Positions 10,232 through 20,947 of a stretch of DNA of 64,000 nucleotides are shown one piece after another. Numbering within the stretch: position 1 is the stretch's first letter; the number at the start of each line of letters is the position of its first letter. This DNA is from a virus (lineage: Duplodnaviria; Caudoviricetes), in the IMG/VR virus record IMGVR_UViG_3300031992_002338, one strand, 5' to 3'. A program made the translations under genes and the position numbers. Below the pieces are notes generated by a model. It searched no databases. It was given only the letters and a program-made list of their open reading frames with translations, and was not told the origin of the DNA.

Positions 10232-11149
10232 TTATCCTATTTTATCAGTAATTATCTGACTGAAATCGATGCTATTCTTTTTATTTTGTTTAACTTCATA
10301 GATTGGATTTCCAGTATATTGGTCTTTCAATGTATAATGTTCTGCTTGATGATAAATTTCATTCTCATTATTGAAAGTGGTAACAAGTCCATTATCCAAA
10401 TCTCTCAATTGGCTGTTTTCTAGCATATAGCTAATCGTATCAAGCGTATGTGTTGTCATTTCTATATCAAGCTGTATCGGTTCGAAGAATGTATTGACTA
10501 GCAATATTCTCTGTGTTGGTTTCCCTATATATGGAAGAGCATTGCTTTTGAAAGTAGGGGCTGATGAAGGAGATACAGTAATGAATATCAAGCTAGAACT
10601 ATCCTCGTAGCGATATGAATATGATTTATCACTAGAAGAATTCGGTTCTTGTACCACAGGCTCGCATTTATTGTTTGATGTTATTATCCTATAGTAGTCT
10701 TGTCTTGTTCCGTTTTCATCAAGATAAATTATTCTATACCCAACTAGTTCATTGTTTTTTCTAGCTTTAGCCATGATACTTGAATTTCTAATATCTGTTG
10801 TATCTACCACGATTCCCATCACATTTGGAAAAGCGGTAAGGCTACCGACATCAGCAATGACAGCCTCGATTTCCCTTGGTTTTATATAGACAGTATAGAA
10901 TCCCTTTTTATTGAATTCGCTTAGAGGCAGCTGTAAATTATACATCCCCTCAATGTATTCGTCAACATCACTGTCTTCAATTTTTCTTTTTGCTTGGGTC
11001 AAAATACTAGATTCCAAATGTTTAAATTCGGCATTCGAAATTGAGTCATAACTTCTAGTTTCGTGATAAGCATAAGAAATATCCACCAAATTAGGAATAT
11101 CCACATTTGCTATATTAATCGGTATTGTTGTTCCGTATGCTCCTATCAT
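10232..11149 (-). CDS. Virion structural protein, function unknown
   Basis: 305-aa ORF tightly packed in the structural operon. Confidence 0.6.
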   Translation of the reverse strand: MIGAYGTTIPINIANVDIPNLVDISYAYHETRSYDSISNAEFKHLESSILTQAKRKIEDSDVDEYIEGMYNLQLPLSEFNKKGFYTVYIKPREIEAVIADVGSLTAFPNVMGIVVDTTDIRNSSIMAKARKNNELVGYRIIYLDENGTRQDYYRIITSNNKCEPVVQEPNSSSDKSYSYRYEDSSSLIFITVSPSSAPTFKSNALPYIGKPTQRILLVNTFFEPIQLDIEMTTHTLDTISYMLENSQLRDLDNGLVTTFNNENEIYHQAEHYTLKDQYTGNPIYEVKQNKKNSIDFSQIITDKIG

Positions 11150-11163
11150 ATTGTTTTTTTTTT

Positions 11164-14100
11164 TTAATTATTTCTTATTTTAAAAAAATTATTACCAAAT
11201 TGTTCCAAAGCTTCCAAAGTATTTACTTCTCCAAGCTTTAAATGCTTTTCAAAAGCTGCATTTATTCCTCTGTCTATATAAATATCGCTCGTTATGTTTT
11301 CTATTACTGAACTCCCAAGTTTATACTCTTCTCTGAAGCATGGGAAAACTTGTAGCCCGTTGTGTGTTTCCATATCTCCACTGTATTTTTCACTAAATGT
11401 ATCACTATTACCACTGAATATATTTATATCAAACTTGAAATCTGCCATTGGGACTTCGTATGAGGAATCATATTGTGAATTATCAACATGTTCCATCTCT
11501 TGTGTCATTTTATACACATATATTGGATAGCTTATAGAGTGTACAATCGGGATAGTTCTATACTTCGGGATTATTGATGTTTTCTTTACCTTTTTCTTTA
11601 GATAATATTCCCTATTCTCTCTCACAAATTGTACAGTCTCATTATATTCTACACCATGATTGCACATCCCATTTTCATGGCATAACTTATAGTTCTCTTT
11701 TTCATTCCTAACCAAAGTTGCCCCAAGATAATATGTAATATCACAGAATATATTGTTATAGAATATATGTACCTCATCTTCTCTTTCTTCAAGTTCAGTC
11801 TTAGCTGATGTTGATGCTGAAATTGCACTTAAAGACGTATATCCGCTTGTAACTTCTGTATCTATGTATTTTCCTTTAACCTTAATTGAATACGTATCTC
11901 CACTTTCCAATGTCACATCAACAGTAGTTGCTGATTGAATGGTGTCATCGTATTCCTTGTAATAGAATGTCATTCTAGTTATTATATCGCCAACAAAATA
12001 GTTTTTACCAGATTCTATATCATCCAAATCTTCAGCAGTTTTTCTGAACCTAGATATATTAGCGGTATTTCCAACTTGGTATATCAGCTCTAAAACACTC
12101 CCTTCTTTTGGCTGGTGGCTGTAAGTTGTGCTATTAATGTCGTAAATTCCATCAATACTGTTTCCAATGCTATCTGTTAAGAAATTAGTCAGACTCAATT
12201 TTGACAGCTTAGATACTGTTCTTCCTTTTATTTCATCTGCCTTGTATGGCTGTATTTCAAATGGATAGTCAATCTGTATGAATGGTTTTCCATCAAAATA
12301 TTTTTCATCAGTCCTTAAAATAGCATTGCTTATGGTGGATAAAATTTCTCCACCTATTATTTCGCCATCATATGTGAGATATAATGTTTCACCAGAATTA
12401 TTTACGGTATATCCACTAATTCTGTAATATTCATCATAATTAATTTCCAATGTCCCACCACTAACTTCATATGAATTGTCATTGAAATCTATGTATTCCA
12501 TGATTCTTTCACTATTAAGTTCATCCCTTTTAAAATGTACATATTCATTAAAATTGAATGTTTTCCCACTACATGTTTCACTGACAACCTCACTTTCTTG
12601 TTTGAAGAACGGAAAATAAAATTGTTTTTTTGGCGCATAAAATTCAGCGAATATCTGTTTTCCATTAATATATGTATATGGGGTGTTGGTAAATGGCATC
12701 CTCAATATCATATATTTTTTATTCGACAAATATTTATTTGTCTTGTCATATTCAGCATATTCAGACTTTTTTATCTGGTACAACGACTCTCCTATTAATA
12801 TCCATCCTTCATCGCTAATTTTCAAAGGATATTTTTTCGACATTTGTTCTTTAAAATCTTCTTTTGCATCATCTAAAGATGACTTGTTAGAGACATATCT
12901 CACATTTTCATTGTCATATGCAAAATATGTTATGGCTGAGACATAAAAATCATTTTTATAGCAATATTTAACATCATCTCCATTCCATTCATAAGGATGG
13001 TTTATATAATAATTTGTATAGTCTTTCCAGCCAATAACTTCAATGTTCTTGCTCCCACATTTCGGACAATATTCAGAAAAAACTCCTTCATATTCGCAGT
13101 CATGGCATCTAGATGCGTATTTCTCCATATAAGTTTTGTCAAACTTATATCCAAGATTTGTGGTTGAACTAGAAAATAGACCTATTGACCTACCGTTTAT
13201 TGAAGAGACTGTCCCGATTTCATTTTTGCCATTACCTATCGCAGTGTTATCACTGTCTCCGTATTTTGCAGTTCTATAGTCGATTCCAAGCTCATACTCA
13301 TCAGAAAATATAGACTTTTCTCCCAAATCATCAATAGAGATTTGTAAATTTGTTGGCAAAATCATTGTTGGGATGAAACAATTCGTGTTAGCACTTATGG
13401 TTCTGTTGTTTGTCTCTAAATTATCTTGAATGGATTCATACCATTCAGTCATTGCTGAATAAATTCTTTTTCCACCCCTTTTAAAATATTCCTCACATTC
13501 GCAGCAATCTTTTATGTCTTCTTTTTTGCAATCCCAACTTTCAACCTCTCCATCTTTACCTTCCTCAAAATCAGCGATTTCATCATATGCAGTCCTTCCA
13601 CTAAACCATGCTAGCCATTTTATAACATCTGGATAAAACAATACATCTCTTTTCCAATAATCATTATATTTTTTTGGTATTATGAATGAAGGTACTATAT
13701 TCTCGCAAATCCACTTGAAGAAGCCGATATCATAAACATCAACCATCCCCATCTTGTCAGTCTTCTCATTTTTGTATTCATCATGGGCTTCAGTCGGTGT
13801 CATTCTCTTATATTCAGATGTATCTTTATCGAAAATCAAAACTTCTACTCTTCCACCTTTATCATAGAACTCTTTATCCAAGTCTATATATGTTTTCTTA
13901 TCTATTCCATATATCATTTGGTCAGCATACTTAGTAAGAGACTCATAGTTGTAATAGTCTTCCGCACTAGTGTACACTCTGTTGCAATGGCTATAACGTT
14001 TCAATAAATTATAATATTCATTGAAAAAATGATACCATTGGCTAAGTCTTTCAAAAGACAAAGTGAAGATTGGCTCTACAAATGACCTCTCATCATCGCA

Positions 14101-14511
14101 GAAATTATCATAGTAATAAGGTACTTCATTATCGTCAAAATGCGTTGGAGAACCGCTTACATCATCATACCTATTATAATCAATGTAATTCCCATAGCAA
14201 TGACAGCAAGCCGAACATTCTTTTCCAAAATCCACCAACGTATATGATGAAAATATCGGTTTTCTATCATTCAAAGGAGAATCACCTTCATCAAAGCTGT
14301 TAGGGAGTGGCTTAACAACTATATTAAGAGGTATCATACCCCAGTTGCTAGTATATTGCCATTCCCTATCCTTTAATGATTCGCTATCGAAATAGAATAT
14401 CTTGGGATTCTTGCCTTGTTCATCCAAAATCCCGTTGTAATAAGATGGCCAGACACTAGGAAGCCTAGATGTCATTGGTTCTAATGATATATGTTTCTGT
14501 ATAATTTTCAT
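11164..14511 (-). CDS. Large virion structural protein (1115 aa)
   Basis: Operon context; internal Zn ribbon CHDC...CPKC. Confidence 0.6.
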   Translation of the reverse strand: MKIIQKHISLEPMTSRLPSVWPSYYNGILDEQGKNPKIFYFDSESLKDREWQYTSNWGMIPLNIVVKPLPNSFDEGDSPLNDRKPIFSSYTLVDFGKECSACCHCYGNYIDYNRYDDVSGSPTHFDDNEVPYYYDNFCDDERSFVEPIFTLSFERLSQWYHFFNEYYNLLKRYSHCNRVYTSAEDYYNYESLTKYADQMIYGIDKKTYIDLDKEFYDKGGRVEVLIFDKDTSEYKRMTPTEAHDEYKNEKTDKMGMVDVYDIGFFKWICENIVPSFIIPKKYNDYWKRDVLFYPDVIKWLAWFSGRTAYDEIADFEEGKDGEVESWDCKKEDIKDCCECEEYFKRGGKRIYSAMTEWYESIQDNLETNNRTISANTNCFIPTMILPTNLQISIDDLGEKSIFSDEYELGIDYRTAKYGDSDNTAIGNGKNEIGTVSSINGRSIGLFSSSTTNLGYKFDKTYMEKYASRCHDCEYEGVFSEYCPKCGSKNIEVIGWKDYTNYYINHPYEWNGDDVKYCYKNDFYVSAITYFAYDNENVRYVSNKSSLDDAKEDFKEQMSKKYPLKISDEGWILIGESLYQIKKSEYAEYDKTNKYLSNKKYMILRMPFTNTPYTYINGKQIFAEFYAPKKQFYFPFFKQESEVVSETCSGKTFNFNEYVHFKRDELNSERIMEYIDFNDNSYEVSGGTLEINYDEYYRISGYTVNNSGETLYLTYDGEIIGGEILSTISNAILRTDEKYFDGKPFIQIDYPFEIQPYKADEIKGRTVSKLSKLSLTNFLTDSIGNSIDGIYDINSTTYSHQPKEGSVLELIYQVGNTANISRFRKTAEDLDDIESGKNYFVGDIITRMTFYYKEYDDTIQSATTVDVTLESGDTYSIKVKGKYIDTEVTSGYTSLSAISASTSAKTELEEREDEVHIFYNNIFCDITYYLGATLVRNEKENYKLCHENGMCNHGVEYNETVQFVRENREYYLKKKVKKTSIIPKYRTIPIVHSISYPIYVYKMTQEMEHVDNSQYDSSYEVPMADFKFDINIFSGNSDTFSEKYSGDMETHNGLQVFPCFREEYKLGSSVIENITSDIYIDRGINAAFEKHLKLGEVNTLEALEQFGNNFFKIRNN

Positions 14512-17500
14512 TCAACTTCGTAATTAAATGCTTTCTTATCAAATTGCTTCGTATTTACATTCACTATTGCCTTTCTATGCATGTTGTGGCTAATATCCTC
14601 TAATTGCTGTAATGTAGGGGTATTTAGCTCATCCATAATTTTCATTTCAAACATATTAATGTTCAAAACACCATTGTCATAATTCATGTCTATATATCTA
14701 TCATCAAAAACATAGCAATATTCTTGATTTCTATAATCATATACAGCATATAATGGTATATATGTTTGAGCATATACATATGATAAAGGTATGCCTTTCT
14801 TAAGCTCTTTAATATCATCTTCTACTGATAGTTTTAAAGCATGCTGAGGATACATTTTATTATAAGCTGTACCTCTAGTATTTGTTGTATTTCCATCCCA
14901 ATGCATAGGGACTAAAAATGGTATTTGATTACCAATGCCAGCATGATTAAACTCCACTTTCATATATATTGGTTTCGGGTGAAGATTTTCTTGATATTCC
15001 CTAAAAATATACATGTAGAAGCCCTCTGATGAAGGAGCAGTACCATGTTTGTTACTCACTGTCAATCTAGAACTAACCCTATGTTCATCATTTTCGTAAA
15101 TTTTGACATTGTTAGCATCGGTTTCACTAGAATATGAGATATTATCTGACCTATACCCTAAAAATTCAGTATCAACCCTTATTTTATCTGTTTTGTAAAT
15201 TGACAAGTTCCTTGGGTCTGAAGTGGAACCAAAATCCATTTCATACCTTCTAGAGTTATCTATGTACTTTTTATACAAATAATGCTCATCCATAAATACA
15301 CAAGACATCCCTAATAATGATTGGGTTTGTGGGTCTGTACTATCATAATATGAAAGCCTAGCAAATGATTTTCCAATCTTAGACCTTTGATAAAACACAT
15401 CATCGTTTGTGAAATACAATAAGCCAATTAAATCAGATGTCCTTTGGAGTGTATCGCCACTGTTTTGGAGTATTTTATAATATGGAAAGAAATCAGTCAC
15501 AAACCAATTATCACAATTGCCACTAGTGTCATATAAATAATCACCCTCGTTGACTTTCCAAGAATCTAAATTTCTAGTTCTGAAATGGAAGTTAAAATTA
15601 ATCTCGTATATATTCTTAAATATAGTATTTGACCCGCGATACATTCTATCATCACCATCACCATATGGCACAGTATTTCCATCATCGTCATAATAACCCC
15701 AAATGAATTTAGGTATATATACATCTTTCTCCATATCCACAATAGGGTTTATGGACTTTTTCTTTTCATTTTCAAAGAAATCACGCTTTATTATGTCATC
15801 TTGCAAAATATTTCCCCTAATATCCATATTGAAGGATAATGGGATATTAATGTAGCCATTCTTTATATATAATATTAAATCACTAAACAAATCATAATAA
15901 TCATCACTAGATTCTGGAATATTATTCCTTATAAATGCCAAATCCTTTTCTATTTCTTTTTCACCAAATATCTTGTTCTTTATATTCAATGAATAATTTC
16001 TTTGATTGTTAACAACGTCATTACAAATAGAATTACAAATTATTCTGTTAAATTCATTAATGAATTCAGATTCATTAATATCTGGATAACACACATAAGT
16101 TGAATTCCCTATCTTTTTTGAAATTATAAAAGTATAAGTTTTTGGAAGTTTTAAACTAGCATATTCATATTTAATGTTATCATCATTTTCTTCATATATT
16201 ATATATTTCTCCCCATTAATTGTTATTCCGCTGTAAGGCTTTATATCATATTGGGCTGTAATGGCTGAATTGCTATTTCCGCTTATAATCATGCCATACC
16301 TCTGTAAAGTACCACCAGAATATTTTCCACCATTAATACTTTGTATGGACATTGGGACTTTTTCCAAGCCAATTGTAACAAAACAATCAGAATTTTCAAC
16401 TTTTCCGCTGATTCCGTATTCAATGTCATATTCGTTATCATTTATCATAACTTTGTCCATCAAGTTTTTTTCTACTAGGTACTTCTTTGAATTATATAGC
16501 ACATAAACATCATCTTCTATATCAGACCCGTAGTCACTTGAATAATATACAATGAAATTATTCGTATCAACATCGCAATCTTTAAATAATATCTTCTCTC
16601 CTTCAGTCAAGGGCGAATGTGTGTTACTCATGTAGAGTATTATTTCATTTCCATCATTTGAATTCATTACTTCGTACTCAACATCAAAATATGCCTTCTC
16701 CTCTTTCTCAATGTATATGAATGATGAAACATTTTTTAAGTCATTTAAGTTATAGACAAAATGTTTATTTACGTTGTCGGAATTCATCAAAAACTCATCT
16801 GTACAAAATTCTTCATATGGAATATAACCTCCGTTATCCGAATAATCCATCAAGAAATAAAGTGGGAACTCAACGGTCTCTAGATTGGCAAGTACTGTTG
16901 TGGCACTTAATACATATAATGGTATTTCACACACAAATGAAAAACTATCACCATCATATTTTTGTTTTACTTGACAATAATGATTCTTATACTTGACATA
17001 ATAAAAATAACTAGCAAATGTAATATTATCAAATTCCTCCTTTTCGTATTGGTTTTTCTTACTAAGCCTAAACTTCGTGACCTCTTTATACATGGTAGAA
17101 GATGAATATGGGTAGAACTCTATATCATCACATCTAGTTACGGCAGATGGCTCTAAAGCAGCACCATACTCTCCATACTTAAGTATTCCATTATCACCCT
17201 CGTTTTTATCATAGAAATATTTGTCACCGTCTATCTCAACTGAATCATCTTCAATCCAATATACGGTATCGATTTTTAATACTTCATCATTTTTGCTAGC
17301 TTCAAATTTTAATTTCTCTACAACTTCCCCTTTTTCTTCATCGTAATTCAATAGATTATTAAATGTGTAGCCAGATTTATCTTCATCGATGAATTTACAC
17401 CAATAAAAATATTTGTCCTTATTCATTACATATCTATAATCTATTGTCTCTCCACTTTTTTCAACAGAATAATCATAAAACTTATCAGAGAATGTATCAT

Positions 17501-17741
17501 ACTCCTTTCCCTTAACAATAATATAACCTTGTCTAATTACATTGTTACATTCTAATTCAAGCGAAATATCACTATTTATAATGGAATTTGTTGCTGGTAA
17601 ACGAGAAAACTTTTCAATATGATAATCAGAATCTGTCACACCAGTAATATATGATAGGTCTGGAGAAAGGTATTTCTCTTTCCATTCCATCACCTCTCTC
17701 CTTATATCATCACTTCCCAATTTTATCTCGTATCTTAACAT
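14508..17741 (-). CDS. Large virion structural protein (1077 aa)
   Basis: Overlapping start/stop with both neighbours in the structural block. Confidence 0.6.
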   Translation of the reverse strand: MLRYEIKLGSDDIRREVMEWKEKYLSPDLSYITGVTDSDYHIEKFSRLPATNSIINSDISLELECNNVIRQGYIIVKGKEYDTFSDKFYDYSVEKSGETIDYRYVMNKDKYFYWCKFIDEDKSGYTFNNLLNYDEEKGEVVEKLKFEASKNDEVLKIDTVYWIEDDSVEIDGDKYFYDKNEGDNGILKYGEYGAALEPSAVTRCDDIEFYPYSSSTMYKEVTKFRLSKKNQYEKEEFDNITFASYFYYVKYKNHYCQVKQKYDGDSFSFVCEIPLYVLSATTVLANLETVEFPLYFLMDYSDNGGYIPYEEFCTDEFLMNSDNVNKHFVYNLNDLKNVSSFIYIEKEEKAYFDVEYEVMNSNDGNEIILYMSNTHSPLTEGEKILFKDCDVDTNNFIVYYSSDYGSDIEDDVYVLYNSKKYLVEKNLMDKVMINDNEYDIEYGISGKVENSDCFVTIGLEKVPMSIQSINGGKYSGGTLQRYGMIISGNSNSAITAQYDIKPYSGITINGEKYIIYEENDDNIKYEYASLKLPKTYTFIISKKIGNSTYVCYPDINESEFINEFNRIICNSICNDVVNNQRNYSLNIKNKIFGEKEIEKDLAFIRNNIPESSDDYYDLFSDLILYIKNGYINIPLSFNMDIRGNILQDDIIKRDFFENEKKKSINPIVDMEKDVYIPKFIWGYYDDDGNTVPYGDGDDRMYRGSNTIFKNIYEINFNFHFRTRNLDSWKVNEGDYLYDTSGNCDNWFVTDFFPYYKILQNSGDTLQRTSDLIGLLYFTNDDVFYQRSKIGKSFARLSYYDSTDPQTQSLLGMSCVFMDEHYLYKKYIDNSRRYEMDFGSTSDPRNLSIYKTDKIRVDTEFLGYRSDNISYSSETDANNVKIYENDEHRVSSRLTVSNKHGTAPSSEGFYMYIFREYQENLHPKPIYMKVEFNHAGIGNQIPFLVPMHWDGNTTNTRGTAYNKMYPQHALKLSVEDDIKELKKGIPLSYVYAQTYIPLYAVYDYRNQEYCYVFDDRYIDMNYDNGVLNINMFEMKIMDELNTPTLQQLEDISHNMHRKAIVNVNTKQFDKKAFNYEVE

Positions 17742-20700
17742 TCTATCTCTGGCTCTTTAAAGTAATTATCTTCTTCAATGATATTTTGCTCATTTCCTAT
17801 CCTATCAAAATCACTATATAACCCGTACATTCTATGCGGGTCTTGTCTTCTTACATACAAATTAATACTTCTGTTAATGTAAAAAGCATTATTTGTAAAC
17901 GTGTATTCCTCTATTTCCTTTTTATCAGTGCCTATTCCATTTTTAAAAATGTTTCTCCAAATAAACCTACAAGTTCCATCTCGTAGAAGCTTTGCATAAG
18001 AAGGTATATTCAGATTATCAATTTTAAACAATTTATATCTGTTTATGCCACTATTATTAGAGAATATGACACCACGAGAATCATTAACCAATCTCAACTT
18101 GGCTTTATTGGTCTCTTTATTGGTGTCATATTCATATAAATCACACGTAAAGACCTTGTAGGAATCATTTTCGCCACTGACTGTTGCACACATTAAATAT
18201 AAATCATCTACTTCATCATATATTATTGCCTTGTCTCCAACACTTAAAAAATGATTCTCCAAACAAGTAATAACATATCTATTGTCACCAACACTTCTTA
18301 TCTGCCTAATAGTAAGAAAATCTGGAAATAAATAATTTATCTTACCATAATAATGTATCGGTATCTCATAGTGAGGCTGATAATAATAACCTTCATTTAA
18401 TACGTTGCAAGCTTCACTAGAATATGTCCTAATCTCATAGTTGTTATCAAGGTCATAATCATCCATCCATATTTCATCATAGTTATAATTGGAAAAGAAC
18501 ATATCAGCAGCCGAACCAAAACACTCCCTTTGTGCTGTGTTGAATCTGTGCATTATCTGCTGAATTGGTCTCTCTATAGAATTATAATTGTCATAATAAC
18601 ATAAATCACCATAAAAATTTTCATCTATATCATACCAAATTTCATTGTCGTTTATGATTATCTCAGTTTCATCAGTTTCATTGGATGAATTATATTTCCT
18701 TCTTCCATTGTCATCACTAGAAGTGAACTTCTTATCAACTAATATGTCCTCATATTTGTTAATCGCTAACATACTATATCCATGACCAGAAGATGTGTTT
18801 GGATGTAACAAATTAGTAATAGTCTTTATGTTGTTTATATAACCATTTGCAGCTGAATTATCACTACATTCGATTCCGCAAGTAATCGCACCAAAACAGT
18901 GCGAAAACTCTATATTCTCATATTCCGTTCTGATTGACCTACCATTATTCCATATTTTACGACCATCACCCATACCATACCATTCTTTATAGCCTTTGTT
19001 GTTTTTGATGAATGTTAAATATAAACTAGTTAATGGTCTGCCCAAATTATCCACTATGTTGGATAAATCAATATCATCCAAGAAAACAATTTGGCCCAAT
19101 AAATCACCATATATATTTTGGGCATATGACAACTTAGTTGGGGAACTTTGGAAATCATATTGTATGTCCCTATACCTCTTAATCGTTGCTTGGTCATTCT
19201 TGTATAATTCAAAACTGTTGGATGTATCAGCACTGCTGAACTTGAAATTAGGGAGCTTTGAAAATATCCTCACATAATAATCACACTCCATGTCATTTAC
19301 AACCTTCTTGAAAGATATGTTCTGAGCATTATTGTCTATGTTCACATAGCTCTCATTCACAACATAATATCTCATAGCACTACCAGGTTTCGTACAAACC
19401 CATTGATGCTTGATTGTTTTATCTAAAACCATACCCAAACTAGCTATATCAGATAATGCTACCCACTGTCTACTTATCTGAACGTCAGAATTAAATACAA
19501 CAAAAGTATAATCATCCACAACCTCACTAACCTCAGTGTTGTCAATAATCTTCGTTGTGTATAACTCATTTTCGTGAGTATATTTATAAGGTCCTTCTAC
19601 CTCTAAAATGTTCTTTTCAAGATATTCAGCGTTGTACTGGTCACAAAGCATTTTAATGAAATCCTCATTGTCAGATTTTTGGGACACCCTCTCATTTTTA
19701 TTGTCTTCCCTAGTATCTATCACCCAAAACACCGTTGTCTCATAAGACTTGTATATGTTCACATAATCACCAACAGAAAGACCATGTTTTGCAATACTGT
19801 GTATAACAAGCTGTGTCATTCCATTGTCATGTCTAGTGTTTTCATCGAAATACAAAGCCCTAAGAGCATTGACACCATAGTTTCGCTCTATTATATCATC
19901 AAACCCCTCAGTTGTACTAGAGCTTGGATATGTTATGCAATAGTTCCAATTCTTCTCAACCCTATGCTGATGCTGATTATATAACGGGACAAACGAATAT
20001 AATTTATTGTCTGGATATAATTCAATAAAATCACCGCCATTGGCATACATTATTGGTTTATCTATCTTAAGGAAATCATTGGTTTGAAAGTTTCTATAAG
20101 TTTTTATCTTGCTGTTATTCTTAAAACCAAACCATCCATCAAACCTATCCAAAAGCTTTGTCCTTCTAGCATTCAAAAAGGTATCAACATCGTCATACTC
20201 ATACAAATGAAGGGATAGAAGCTTTGTATTATTTCTAACTCCAGCATCTTGAGGGAAATATATCCTCTCAACTATATTATTTCCTCTTACATCCCTAAAC
20301 AAATCGCCAATGGTATTAAATGCTGCATATGCATCAGTTCCATTTAATTTATTAACCCACTTGAAGACATTGGAACGTATTAAATGATTATTTAAGATGT
20401 CTAATCCACAATGATATACAAAACCACAATTGGATAATTGAGTATCCCTAATTGCATTCGTGCAATGATAAGTAGATTTCATGTCACCAGAATGAGAACC
20501 ATTAGTTAGGTATTCATAATTATTCTGTCCATCAAATAATCTATACTCTATGGTATTCACATCCCAAGATGCCCTAGATTGATAATCCCAATTATTTCCA
20601 GCCCAAAAATCAACATTTCTAGCTTTAAAAACAACGTCATTAAAATCATTGTCGTTAGCAATCCCATAGTTTATCAAGCTAACTTCAGGACTCCCTTCAT

Positions 20701-20947
20701 TTCTAACAATTTCAGAAATCTTATTGGATAATACATTCGATGCCACGACATTAACCTGACAAGTAAGTCTGATTATATTACAATTACCCCTCTCTTCCAT
20801 GTATTGGTCATACTGGCTTATTATAGCATCACCAAATTCATTCGAAGACAAAAGTCTCCTCTTGCCTTTGAGTCTAACATCAAGACCTTCGCTTGTATTG
20901 GTAGCTTTTTTATAGTCAAACCCGTTTAAAAATATTTCTGTATTCAT
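17735..20947 (-). CDS. Large virion structural protein (1070 aa)
   Basis: Operon context; two HxLSVGD beta-barrel-like repeats. Confidence 0.6.
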   Translation of the reverse strand: MNTEIFLNGFDYKKATNTSEGLDVRLKGKRRLLSSNEFGDAIISQYDQYMEERGNCNIIRLTCQVNVVASNVLSNKISEIVRNEGSPEVSLINYGIANDNDFNDVVFKARNVDFWAGNNWDYQSRASWDVNTIEYRLFDGQNNYEYLTNGSHSGDMKSTYHCTNAIRDTQLSNCGFVYHCGLDILNNHLIRSNVFKWVNKLNGTDAYAAFNTIGDLFRDVRGNNIVERIYFPQDAGVRNNTKLLSLHLYEYDDVDTFLNARRTKLLDRFDGWFGFKNNSKIKTYRNFQTNDFLKIDKPIMYANGGDFIELYPDNKLYSFVPLYNQHQHRVEKNWNYCITYPSSSTTEGFDDIIERNYGVNALRALYFDENTRHDNGMTQLVIHSIAKHGLSVGDYVNIYKSYETTVFWVIDTREDNKNERVSQKSDNEDFIKMLCDQYNAEYLEKNILEVEGPYKYTHENELYTTKIIDNTEVSEVVDDYTFVVFNSDVQISRQWVALSDIASLGMVLDKTIKHQWVCTKPGSAMRYYVVNESYVNIDNNAQNISFKKVVNDMECDYYVRIFSKLPNFKFSSADTSNSFELYKNDQATIKRYRDIQYDFQSSPTKLSYAQNIYGDLLGQIVFLDDIDLSNIVDNLGRPLTSLYLTFIKNNKGYKEWYGMGDGRKIWNNGRSIRTEYENIEFSHCFGAITCGIECSDNSAANGYINNIKTITNLLHPNTSSGHGYSMLAINKYEDILVDKKFTSSDDNGRRKYNSSNETDETEIIINDNEIWYDIDENFYGDLCYYDNYNSIERPIQQIMHRFNTAQRECFGSAADMFFSNYNYDEIWMDDYDLDNNYEIRTYSSEACNVLNEGYYYQPHYEIPIHYYGKINYLFPDFLTIRQIRSVGDNRYVITCLENHFLSVGDKAIIYDEVDDLYLMCATVSGENDSYKVFTCDLYEYDTNKETNKAKLRLVNDSRGVIFSNNSGINRYKLFKIDNLNIPSYAKLLRDGTCRFIWRNIFKNGIGTDKKEIEEYTFTNNAFYINRSINLYVRRQDPHRMYGLYSDFDRIGNEQNIIEEDNYFKEPEIEC